Source: Clostridia bacterium (lineage in GTDB: Bacteria > Bacillota > Clostridia > Christensenellales > CAG-138). Taken from it: a stretch of DNA of 64,000 nucleotides. The translations under genes and the position numbers were made by a program. This document shows, one piece after another, positions 33,417-43,200 of the stretch. A model generated the notes under the pieces. The model saw only the letters and a program-made list of their open reading frames with translations, was not told where the DNA came from and ran no database searches. Numbering within the stretch: position 1 is the stretch's first letter; the number at the start of each line of letters is the position of its first letter. The stretch lies in assembly GCA_017524445.1 (NCBI GenBank), contig JAFXVP010000072.1, positions 15,183-79,182 of the forward strand. The letters are read 5' to 3'.

Positions 33417-33713
33417 TTATTCGATCGTCAGAATGTCGGAGAATCCGGTCACTTCGAAGATCTCCATGATGATCTCGTTTACGTGAACGACCTTCATGCT
33501 GCCCTGCCGGTTCATCGTCTTCTGCGCCGAAAGCAGTACGCGAAGGCCTGCGGACGAAATGTAATCCAGCTTTTCAAAATCGAAGGTCAGTTCCTCGACG
33601 CCGTTCAAAGTGTCTTTGAGCGCCGCTTCCAGTTCCGGCGTGTTCATGGTGTCCAGTCTGCCTTCGAGCGCGATCGTCAGCGCGTTTTCGTTTCTCGTTT
33701 GTTGAATGGTCAT
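33417..33713 (-). CDS. STAS-domain anti-sigma-factor antagonist (SpoIIAA/RsbV-like)
   Basis: 98 aa, RBS GGGAGGAG. LDYISSAGLRVLL carries the phosphorylatable Ser motif (DxISSAGL). Confidence 0.85.
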   Translation of the reverse strand: MTIQQTRNENALTIALEGRLDTMNTPELEAALKDTLNGVEELTFDFEKLDYISSAGLRVLLSAQKTMNRQGSMKVVHVNEIIMEIFEVTGFSDILTIE

Positions 33714-33925
33714 ATTGTTTCTCCTCCCGGATTGTTTCTTCTGTTGCTATTTCCGCGTTGTTTCAGTCGGTGATGCACTTTTGATGCAGTCCCGATTCAT
33801 ACAGTAATGACAGTATACCATGTGTATCCCTTGCAGCACAAGTCAAACAGCGGCGTTTTTATGCGTTTCTGCCAAAGGACGAAGAGATTTTCATGATCCG
33901 GCTGCAATCCCGTTCGTTCTGCGTA

Positions 33926-33954
33926 TTGACCTCATTTCACGAAACTGATAAAAT
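33926..33954 (+). promoter_or_regulatory. Sigma-A-type promoter for the SpoIIE-like phosphatase gene
   Basis: TTGACC (33926-33931), 17-nt spacer, TAAAAT (33949-33954). RBS ACGGAGGA before the ATG at 33985. Confidence 0.5.
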
Positions 33955-33984
33955 ATCATTATCCTGATACATACGGAGGATCAC

Positions 33985-35388
33985 ATGGACGGAAGCATTA
34001 CCGCCACGTCGTCGGGCAATTTGACAGCGTTTTTCACAAATATGATCGGCACGCTTGCCGTAATCCTCGTGCTTGCCGCATTCATCAGCGGCAGCGAACT
34101 CACCTCCAGATTTTTCGGTTCCAAAAACAGTTGGAAATATTCGCTCTTCGTCGGTGTGCTCGGAGGTGTTTTCGGCATTTACGGCACGATGACCGGTCTC
34201 GAATTGAACGGCGCGATCATTTCGGTCCGCGACATCGGACCGATGCTTGCCGGCTTCACGGGCGGTCCGCTCGGCGGATTGATCGCCGGCGTCATTGCGG
34301 GCGTTCACCGGTACTTTGTCGGATCAAAGGACTCGTCGACCGCACAGCTCGTCACGTATGCCTGCATCATCGCGACGGTCTGCATCGGCGTCATGTGCGG
34401 CATTCTCTCCCGGAAGTTCCGCGAGAGGCTGAAAAAGCCGTGGTGGGCGTTTCTCATCGGCGTTCTGATGGAGATCTTCCATCTATCGCTCTTTCTTCTC
34501 ATCGTCAAGCCGTTCGACACGGCGCTCGGTGTTGTGAAAGCGATCTTTCTGCCTTTCATTCTGGTCAATGCCACGGGCTTTACGCTGATGATCACGATGA
34601 TCGTTTATCTGGAAAAGCAGCGTGCGATCGCCCTCGAACGCTCGCGTCTCAAAACGGAGCTCGAGGTCGCGACCGTCATTCAACGCTCGCTGCTGCCGCC
34701 CATTACAAAGGATTATCCGAACAGGTCCGAAATCGGGATCGCCGCTTCCATGGATCCGGCGAAGGAGGTCGGCGGCGATTTTTACGACGTCTTCTTCGTG
34801 GATCCGAATCGGCTCGCTTTTGTCGTTGCGGACGTTTCCGGCAAGGGGATCCCCGCTGCGCTGTTTATGGCAACGTCAAAGACCTCCATTCAAAACTGCG
34901 TGCGCGACTATCCCTCCCTGTCCGAAGCCGTCGGGATCGCAAACGACAGCCTCTGCCGCAACAATACGGCACAGATGTTTGTGACCGCATGGATCGGCGT
35001 TCTGCACCTTCAGACCGGTGAACTGACATTTGTCTGCGCCGGGCACAATCCGCCTGTGTTGATCTCAAACGGAACAACGGAATTCATCAAGCGCAGAAGC
35101 GGCTTCGTGCTTGCCGGAATGGAGGGTATGAAATACCGTGAACAAACCCTGACGCTGAAAAAAGGCGATTGTCTGTTCCTCTATACCGACGGCGTAACGG
35201 AAGCCGAAAACGGCTTGCACGCGCTTTTCGGAGAGGAACGCCTTGCCGTCAGTCTTGCACATGCAAGCACAAAAACGCCGGATGAGATCCTATCCGACGT
35301 CAAGACCGCCATCAGCGCACACGTCGGCGGCGCCGAGCAGTTTGACGATATCACAATGCTGTGCATCAACTATCGGGGCGCGGAATAA
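33985..35388 (+). CDS. Membrane-anchored PP2C-type (SpoIIE-family) serine phosphatase with 5TM LytS/YhcK-type sensor domain
   Basis: 467 aa. The N-terminal ~200 aa are multi-pass hydrophobic. The C-terminus has GGDFYDV...FVVADVSGKGIPAALFM...LYTDGVTEA...DDITMLCI, the SpoIIE/PP2C motifs. Confidence 0.85.
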   Translation: MDGSITATSSGNLTAFFTNMIGTLAVILVLAAFISGSELTSRFFGSKNSWKYSLFVGVLGGVFGIYGTMTGLELNGAIISVRDIGPMLAGFTGGPLGGLIAGVIAGVHRYFVGSKDSSTAQLVTYACIIATVCIGVMCGILSRKFRERLKKPWWAFLIGVLMEIFHLSLFLLIVKPFDTALGVVKAIFLPFILVNATGFTLMITMIVYLEKQRAIALERSRLKTELEVATVIQRSLLPPITKDYPNRSEIGIAASMDPAKEVGGDFYDVFFVDPNRLAFVVADVSGKGIPAALFMATSKTSIQNCVRDYPSLSEAVGIANDSLCRNNTAQMFVTAWIGVLHLQTGELTFVCAGHNPPVLISNGTTEFIKRRSGFVLAGMEGMKYREQTLTLKKGDCLFLYTDGVTEAENGLHALFGEERLAVSLAHASTKTPDEILSDVKTAISAHVGGAEQFDDITMLCINYRGAE

Positions 35389-35495
35389 TGCCGCTTTACG
35401 GCAAATGCAATCAGAGATAAAGCAGGGCGAAGCTGAATGGCTTCGCCCCGATGTTTTGTGCTGCATGATCCGTTGTTGATCGTTTCGGGATCGTA
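35372..35495. repeat. Direct repeat, left copy (SpoIIE 3-prime end + terminator hairpin + degenerate remnant of the small-peptide gene 3-prime end)
   Basis: Aligns with 47193-47322. atc(g/a)gggc(g/c)cggaataatgccgcttt(a/t)cggcaaatgcaatcagagataaagcagggcgaagc... continues to ...gttgatcgt(t/g)tcgggatcgta. The minus-strand remnant encodes ..PYDPETINNG with no start codon. Confidence 0.85.
35425..35448. terminator. Hairpin terminator shared by the convergent SpoIIE and MATE-kinase genes
   Basis: GGGCGAAGC-tgaatg-GCTTCGCCC. T-rich flanks are weak on both sides. Confidence 0.5.
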
Positions 35496-35520
35496 CGGAC
35501 GTTTCGCGTGCCCGATGCTT

Positions 35521-37251
35521 CTAAAGCCGGATATACGTTTTGTTCAGTCCGATCAGGCGTTTATAGTCCACGCTCGCCGCGACGGAGCGGATCATGCCGA
35601 TGTGATCCGTCGCATACGGCTCGGGCTGCTCGCAATGGTAAACGAGCGGATCAAACGGACTGCCGTCGTCGGTTACCGACAGCAGCAGATCATTTCCGGA
35701 AGCGCGGACGATCACATCAAAACGTACCGTCTTTCCGGCGGAATGTTCGATCGAATTCACCATAATCTCTTCTGCGGCGATCGCGACAAACATGGCTTTC
35801 TTTTCGTCAGCGCCGCCGCCGAGCAGCGATTTATGGATCTGCTCAACGGCCTGCGATACGGTGCTGCGGTCTGCGGAAAGCTGCAGCAGTTCCTTCGGAA
35901 GCTCCTTCGACGGTTCCTGTTTCCGGCGCACGTTTTCGATGCGGAACAGCCGTCCCTTCTCCAGGATCAGCACAGCAAGGAGCGTAAAGAGCTCCGCCGC
36001 GGAAAACGCCGTCCATACGCCGTCGATCCCCCAAATCATGCTCAAAAGCAATGCGCAAGGCACGATTGCCGCAAGCCCGTTCACCACTGAGATCACCGTT
36101 GACAGCCAACGTTTTTCCACTGCCATATAGAAATACAGCAGCAGGAAGTTCAGTGCCGTTCCCGCAAGACTGAACGCGAAAATCCGCACCGCGCGGATGA
36201 CCAGCGCACGCACGGCTTCGTCGTGCATGCCGAACAGGGATGCGATCAGATTCGACGCCGCTTCCAGCAGGATCAGCCCGACCGCCACACAGATCGCAAG
36301 CACGATCCTCGCGCGGCGAACCGCGATCCGCGCGCCGGTAAAGTCCCGTTCGCCGTAGTACACGCCGAGGATCGGGACCATGGTCTGCGCCGAGCCGGAA
36401 ATGAACATGGACATGAACATCAGGCAGTTCGTGCAGACCGAGAATGCCGCAACGCCCGTCGCGCCCTGCAGCCGCGAAACAAGGTTGTTGATGAACATGA
36501 TCTTGATCGCGACCAGTCCGACGCCGAGCGCGGTCGATACGCCGGTCTTCAGGATCATCGGGATCTCGCGAACCGCGCCTTTCAGCCGGAATTTGACGGT
36601 GCGCCGTTTGGTCAGCAGATAGAACATCGACAGTCCGAGACCGATGATGTTGGCAAGCACCGTCGCGAGCGACGCCCCTCCGATGCCCATATTGAAGAAG
36701 TGAATGAAGATCACATCAAACACAAGGTTCAGAAGATTCGCGGAAATGACCGCGATCGACGTGATCTTTACACATCCCTCGGCACGCATCAGATGGCAGA
36801 GTGCGGTCAGAAACAGCATGATCGGCGTACCCCAGACGAGGTTGCGATAGTACGCGGTGACATATTCCGTTGCCGAGGCGTCGCTGATCAGAACGCGGGC
36901 GATGCTGTTCATAAAGATCGCCTGCAGCACGGCAAACAGTACGCCCGTACCGATCACGAGCATCAGCATCGCCGTATACAGGCGGTTTGCCCGCTCGGTC
37001 TCTCTTCGTCCGAGTGCGACCGAAATGCAGCTTGCGGCGCCGAGTCCGAACAGCGCTCCGAACGTGGAGATCAGCTGCGAGATCGGAACACAGGCATGCA
37101 CCGCTGCAAGGCACGTTGTCCCGAGCAGCGAACTGACAATGATCTCATCGACAATGAACGACAGCGACGCCGACATCATGTTGAGGACCGTCGGGAAAAA
37201 GAATTCCCGGAATTTTCGGTCGATCAGTTTTCGATTGCGAATCAGTTCCAC
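35521..37251 (-). CDS. MATE-family efflux transporter fused to a C-terminal RsbW/SpoIIAB-like anti-sigma serine kinase (HATPase_c) domain
   Basis: 576 aa. GTG start with an AGGAAGGA RBS, 22 nt after the NRPS stop. The N-terminal ~440 aa form 12 hydrophobic segments typical of MATE. The C-terminus has AAEEIMVNSIEHS (N-box), VTDDGSPFDP (G1-like) and MIRSVAASVDYKRLIGLNKTYIRL. Confidence 0.7.
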   Translation of the reverse strand: MELIRNRKLIDRKFREFFFPTVLNMMSASLSFIVDEIIVSSLLGTTCLAAVHACVPISQLISTFGALFGLGAASCISVALGRRETERANRLYTAMLMLVIGTGVLFAVLQAIFMNSIARVLISDASATEYVTAYYRNLVWGTPIMLFLTALCHLMRAEGCVKITSIAVISANLLNLVFDVIFIHFFNMGIGGASLATVLANIIGLGLSMFYLLTKRRTVKFRLKGAVREIPMILKTGVSTALGVGLVAIKIMFINNLVSRLQGATGVAAFSVCTNCLMFMSMFISGSAQTMVPILGVYYGERDFTGARIAVRRARIVLAICVAVGLILLEAASNLIASLFGMHDEAVRALVIRAVRIFAFSLAGTALNFLLLYFYMAVEKRWLSTVISVVNGLAAIVPCALLLSMIWGIDGVWTAFSAAELFTLLAVLILEKGRLFRIENVRRKQEPSKELPKELLQLSADRSTVSQAVEQIHKSLLGGGADEKKAMFVAIAAEEIMVNSIEHSAGKTVRFDVIVRASGNDLLLSVTDDGSPFDPLVYHCEQPEPYATDHIGMIRSVAASVDYKRLIGLNKTYIRL

Positions 37252-37273
37252 TGTATCCTTCCTTTCTGTTCCG

Positions 37274-40200
37274 TCAGCTGAAGTATCCGAGTCCTTTCAG
37301 CGCGCGGATAAATCGGTCGATATAGTCCCATGTGGTGACCGGCCAGTTGAATCCGAGCCGGTACAGTACCTGCATGGTATATTCGTTGTGCCGCGGCATC
37401 ATGACCGTCTCCCGGCTGCCCGGCGCGTTGCGATACGCCATGATGCTCGTCAGTTCCTGCGCTTTTTTCGGATCGCTTTCCGCCTCGGCGAACGCTTTTG
37501 CAAACACGTCGCTTTCCACGGCACGGACCGGCATTCCGAGCTTGCCCATCTCGCTGAAGATCGCGTTGAACAGAACCTGCTGATGGTTGAACGCATGGAA
37601 GACGCGGCTCTCCTCCGGCGTGCGCGAAAGCGCAACGACAGCTTCGGCGACCGCATCGATCGGCGAAAACTCCATCGTCAGGTCCGCCTGTTCGTAGGAA
37701 TAGCAGCCGAGCATCTGGAATGCGTGCAGTCTGCCCATAGCGGAATTTGTCTGGAAATTGGCCTGGAATTCACCGTCCGAATAGCGCGCCGCAAGGTTGC
37801 CGAGACGGATGATCTTTGTGTGCAGCCCGTCTCTTGCGGCGGCTTCGAGCACCGCGCGCTCGGCAAGGAATTTCGAACGGACGTACTTGTTGTCCAGCAG
37901 CTGCCCGAAGTACAGCATCTGTTCGCGCACGACAAGCCCGTCTGGGATCTTGTCCTTATAGATCGACGTTACCGTGCTCATGGTGGACGTCTGTACCAGC
38001 GCCGCGCCTGTACGCTTGCAGAAGGAGATCAGGTTCCTTACGCCGCCGAGATTGACGTCCTCGAGCAGCGTACCGCTTGAGAAATGCTTGACCACGGCGG
38101 CGCAGTTGATCACCGTCTGCACCTCGCCGGGTCCGATCGGATCCAGCACATGCGCGTCGGTCACATCGCCGTCGATCGGCAGGATGCGGGTGCCGAACAG
38201 TTCTTCATAGCTGTTGTCGAAGTAGTAGAACAGCATGCCCTTGAGCCGCTTGACGGCGTCTATTCCCCGACGGCCGCGCAGCAGACAATAGATCCTGCCG
38301 GTTTCCTTTTCGATCAGTTCGTGTACCACGTGGATCCCGAGGTATCCGGTCGCGCCGGTGACCAGCACGTTTCCGAGTTCTCTGCGCGTACCCGCACGGA
38401 AGCGTTCGAGCGTATTCTCGTCAAGCAGCTTCCGGATCTCCGTATAGTCATATCCGGTGATTTCGGGATCGTCCTCCTCGACCGTCTTGACTGTGTCCGT
38501 ATCGCCGAGATGCTGTGCAAGCTCGCGCGCGGTCGGATGCGCGAACACGTCCGCGAACGAAACGGCAAGCCCCTGTTTCTGCGCGGCTATGATGACGTTT
38601 GTAACGAGCAGCGACGTACCGCCGAGCTCGAAGAAGTTCTCCTCAGCGCCGACGTCCTCGACGTGCAGCAGTTCGGAGAAGATGCGGCAGATCGCTTTTT
38701 CCGTCTCGCTTGCGGCTTTCGCGCCGTTGTCCGCACGGTAAAGCTGCGGCGCCGGCAGATTCTTGAGATCCAGTTTGCCGTTCGGCGTGATCGGCATCGC
38801 GTCGAGCTGCATATATGCGGTGGGGACCATGTAATTGGTCAGCGTTCTGCCGAGCTCCTTTTTCAGCGCGCCGATATCCACCGCGTGATCCGCCGTGAAC
38901 CATGCGCACAGATGCTCGATGCCGTTGATCTTGTCGATCTTGACCGCGCACCGCGTGATGCCCGGCACCGCGGAAAGCACCGATTCCACTTCCCCAAGCT
39001 CGATGCGCAGACCGCGCAGCTTGATCTGATTGTCCTTTCTGCCGAGGATCTCGACGTTGCCGTCCTCGGTCCACCGCGCGAAGTCGCCCGAGCAGTAAAT
39101 GCGGATCCCCTGATACGTGCGGAACCGTTCCGCCGTCATTTCGGGCAGGTTGTGATAGCCCTTTGCAACGCCCGGTCCGCCGATGTACAGCTCGCCGACG
39201 ACGCCGACGGGCACCTCGTTGCCGTCCGAATCCACAATGAACTCGGTCACGTTCAAAAGCGGCCTGCCGACCGATACGCTTGCGTCGTGCGTCAGCTCAC
39301 GGATGTTGCACGAAACCGTGATCTCCGTCGGTCCGTATGTGTTGAAGATGCGCGCGGAAAACGCCGTCTGCAGACGTTTCAGGAGACTGTCCGGATATTT
39401 TTCGCCCGCGCACACGATGATGCGGCAGCGGGACAGCGCTTCCCGGAACGCTTTCGACTCCAGCAGCGTCATCAGGCGCGACGGCGTTGCCTGGAACAGA
39501 TCGGTATTCGTCTCGGTCATGCGGACGGCGAGCGCGTTCGCGTCGTTGCATTCGTTATCGCTTGCGAGCACAAAGGTCAGGCCGTTGAACAGCGTGACGG
39601 CAAACTCCTTGACCGACATATCGAACGACAGCGTCGTGACGCCCGTGATGGTGTGCCCTTCCTCGCAATAGGCGTGCACCAGGATATTTGCCGGCGCGTC
39701 GGTCATGTAATTTACGATGCCCCGGTGCGTGAGCATAACGCCCTTCGGCTTGCCCGTAGAACCGGAGGTATAGATCAGATACGCAAGATCGTCCGGCGCG
39801 ATCGCGACGTCCGGTCTTGTTTCGTTCGGCTCCTCCAGCAGCGTTTCCGCGTCGACCGCGGGCATATCGGTGAAACGGGCGAGCCGCTCGCGGTCGGTGA
39901 TGACCAGCGACGCGCCGGAATCCTCAAGGATGTGCCGCACACGTTCGACGGGATACTTCGGATCGCACGGAATGTACGCGCAGCCCGACTTCAGCACCCC
40001 GAACAGGGAGATGATCACGCGCGAAGTCCTCGGCAGCAGCAGCACGATCTTTCCGCCCGGCCGCACGCCGCGCGCGATCAGCGCGTTGGCAACGCGGTTT
40101 GCCGCCGCGTCAAGCGCCGCATAGGTATAGCTTGCGTCGCAGGCGATCAGCGCAGGATGATCCGGCGTCTGCTTTGCAAAGCGTTCGAGCCCCGACTGAT

Positions 40201-43200
40201 ACCGTGTCTCCGGAGCGATGACGGTCGGATCGTCCACCCTGCGGAAAGCATCGATCTGTGCCTGCCGCGATTCATCGAGCAGGGAAATGCTGCGGAGCTT
40301 TCTTCTGCCGAACGCCGCGAGTTTTTCGACCGTGATCGCGTAGGAACGAACGAATTCGCGCATCAGACCTGCCGAATACAGCGCGTCGTTGTATTCAACG
40401 GCGATCTGCGGTCCTTCCTTGCCGTCCTCAATGCGTACGGTCATCTTGAATTTCGCGCGGTCGGGTTCCAGTCCCTCTGCTTTCAGTATGCCCGGGATCG
40501 CAGGTTTTTCGAGGATCCCGCGCTGGTATTCATACATGACCTGCGGGGTGAAGCCCCAGTCGGCGGCGACCTGTGCGAACGGATGGTTCTCGTGCGCGAT
40601 CGCCTGCTCGAGGCCGTCCGAAACGGTTTTGATGAATTCATCCACGGTCCCGTCGTCCAGCTTTGCGGCAAGCGGCAGCGTATTGACGAACATACCGAAC
40701 GTATCGGAGAAGCGGATATCGCTTCGTCCGCTGCTGATCGTGGCGATGTATACGTGATCGGAGGCGGTCAGCCGCGCAAGCGTATAGTCGAGCGCCGCAA
40801 GCAGGAAGCCCGCCTCGGTGACCCGGCAGCGCGTACAAGCACTTTGCAGGTCTTTTTCACGCAGCGGATGCACTGCATACGCCTTTTTGCTGCCCATGCC
40901 CTTGCCGGGGATGTCGCCGGTAAGTTCGGTTGCGGATTCATAGTCCGCAAACAGATCATTGAGATACGCCTTTGTTTCCTCCGCCTGCGTGCCTTCGAGC
41001 AGCGCTTTCTGCTCGCGGGCAAAGAACGCATACGACGCGCTTTCCCTCTCCACGGCAGCGCCGTTCAGCGCTTCTCCGAGATCCTTCAGGAAGATGTTGA
41101 ATGAGAATCCGTCGAACACAAGATGATGGAAATCGGAGAACAGCCGCACCGCGGCGGGCGTTCTGACAACCGTGAAACGGAACAGCGGACCCTGTCCGAG
41201 GCGGAACGGCATCACAAACGTTTTGCGCAGCGCCTCGCATTCCTCCTCCGTCATCTCGCGGACCGGGATCTTGTACGGTTCGGTATTTCGCACCGACGTG
41301 ACGCGATCGTTGCGGATCTCGAAGTGAACGTCAACGGACCGGTGCGCGTCGATGACGCTGCGCACGGCTGCAGCGAGCGCGTCCGGATCGGTCGACGGAT
41401 CAAAGGTCAGCACCGACGGGATATTATACGCCGTGCTGTCCGGCTCCTTCATGCAGTCCACATAGATGCCCTGCTGCGCGGCGGAAAGCTCCGCTTCGGT
41501 GATCTCCTCGGTCTGCGCGTTCTGCGCGGAAGACCCGTTCATCCATTGATCCAAAATCCGGTCTTCGATCTCGCGGATCGTGATCGTGCCGAGCTCCTTT
41601 GCGTCGAACTTGACGTCGAACCGCTTGAACAGCCACGCGGACAGCCGGATCGTGCCGAGACTTGTGAGTCCCAGCCACGCAAGCTGCGTGCCGAGCGGCG
41701 GATGCGGGGCGTTGATCGCCTGTCCAACGATCTCCCGCAGGGCTGCTTCCAGCGCGTTGTCCTCATGCGTATCGTCCTCCGCACCGACTGCGGGCAGTTC
41801 GGGCTTCGGCAGTGCGCGGCGGTTGACCTTGCCGTTCGGCGTCAGCGGAATCTTGTCAAGCTGTACGAAAGCGGCGGGGATCATATACGGCGGCTTGCGC
41901 TCTCCGATATATTGCTTCAGCGCTTCCGTGTCGATCGGCGCGTCTCCGACCACATATGCCGCAATGGATTTGCCGTCCGCGCCGAGATCGATCGCGTTGA
42001 CCGTTACGTCGCGCACTGACGGGAATTCGCGAATGACGGCTTCGATCTCGGTCAGTTCGATACGGAACCCGTGAATTTTCACCTGTCCGTCACGACGTCC
42101 GATAAACTCGATCTCGCCGTCCGAACGGTAGCGCACGATGTCGCCGGTGCGATAGGCGCGCGCCCAGATACCGCCGTCAAACGGATTGTCGATAAAGACC
42201 TCCGCCGTCTTTTCCGGACGGTTCAGGTATCCGTCGCCGACGTTCGGTCCCGCGATCAGCAGCTCGCCGATCGCGCCTGCAGGCAGCTGATGCCCGAAGG
42301 CGTCGACGACATAGCATTTGACGTTTTCAAGCGGTCTGCCGATCGGGATGTTCTCTTCCGATCTTGTCACCGGGTAGATCGTCGAAAAGATCGTGCACTC
42401 GGTCGGTCCGTAAGCGTTATAGAACGCGTACGTCTTCGGCGGCTCCATGGAAGCAAGCTTTTCGCCGCCCACCGAAAGCGCCCTCAGATACGGATTTTCC
42501 ATCTCTGCGGCGAACTGCCGTCCGACCTGCGTGGTCAAAAATGCGAGCGAAACGCGGCGCTCCGCAAAGAAGCGGTTCATCGTCTCCAGATCATAGCGCA
42601 TCTCCTCGGGAACGATGCATACCGCCGCGCCGGAACACAGCGCCGGATACATATCCATCATGCACGCGTCGAATCCGTAGGACGCATACTGTCCGACGCG
42701 GTCGAGCGGCGTCAGCGCATAGAAGCGGCGGTACCATTCGATGAACGAAACAAGGTTCGCGTGAGTCAGCCGCACCCCCTTCGGCACGCCGGTACTGCCG
42801 GACGTATAGAGCAGAATAAAGAGATCCTCCGGCTTGCAAACAGCTTTCGGCGTACCGTCCGGAAGCGCTTCGATCTCCCGAATCGTCAGCCGCCGGCCGT
42901 CGTATTCCGTGATGTGTTCGCCAAGCTCTTCTGTCGTGATCAGAAGCTTTGCCGCGGCGTCACGCACCATAAAGTTCAGGCGCTCCGCCGGATACGTGCC
43001 GTCAAGCGGCTGATAGGCGCAGCCGGCCTTGAGCGCGCCGAGGAACGTGATCGCCTGATACCGTCCGCGCGGGATCAGCACGGATACGACGTCGCCTCTG
43101 CCCAGACCGAACTGCTGCAAATGCGCGGCAAGCGCGTCCGTTCTGCGGTCAAGCTCCGAATAGGTCATCTCGCCGTCCTCGTCGATCACCGCGACGGACG

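Noticed and set aside
35243-35479. ORFs 35243-35479(+) and 47103-47306(+), which share the peptide AFRQMQSEIKQGEA.WLRP and could look like a conserved small protein.
   Set aside because: The shared peptide is simply the translation of the duplicated terminator/direct-repeat DNA. Neither ORF has an RBS, and both span a strong hairpin.
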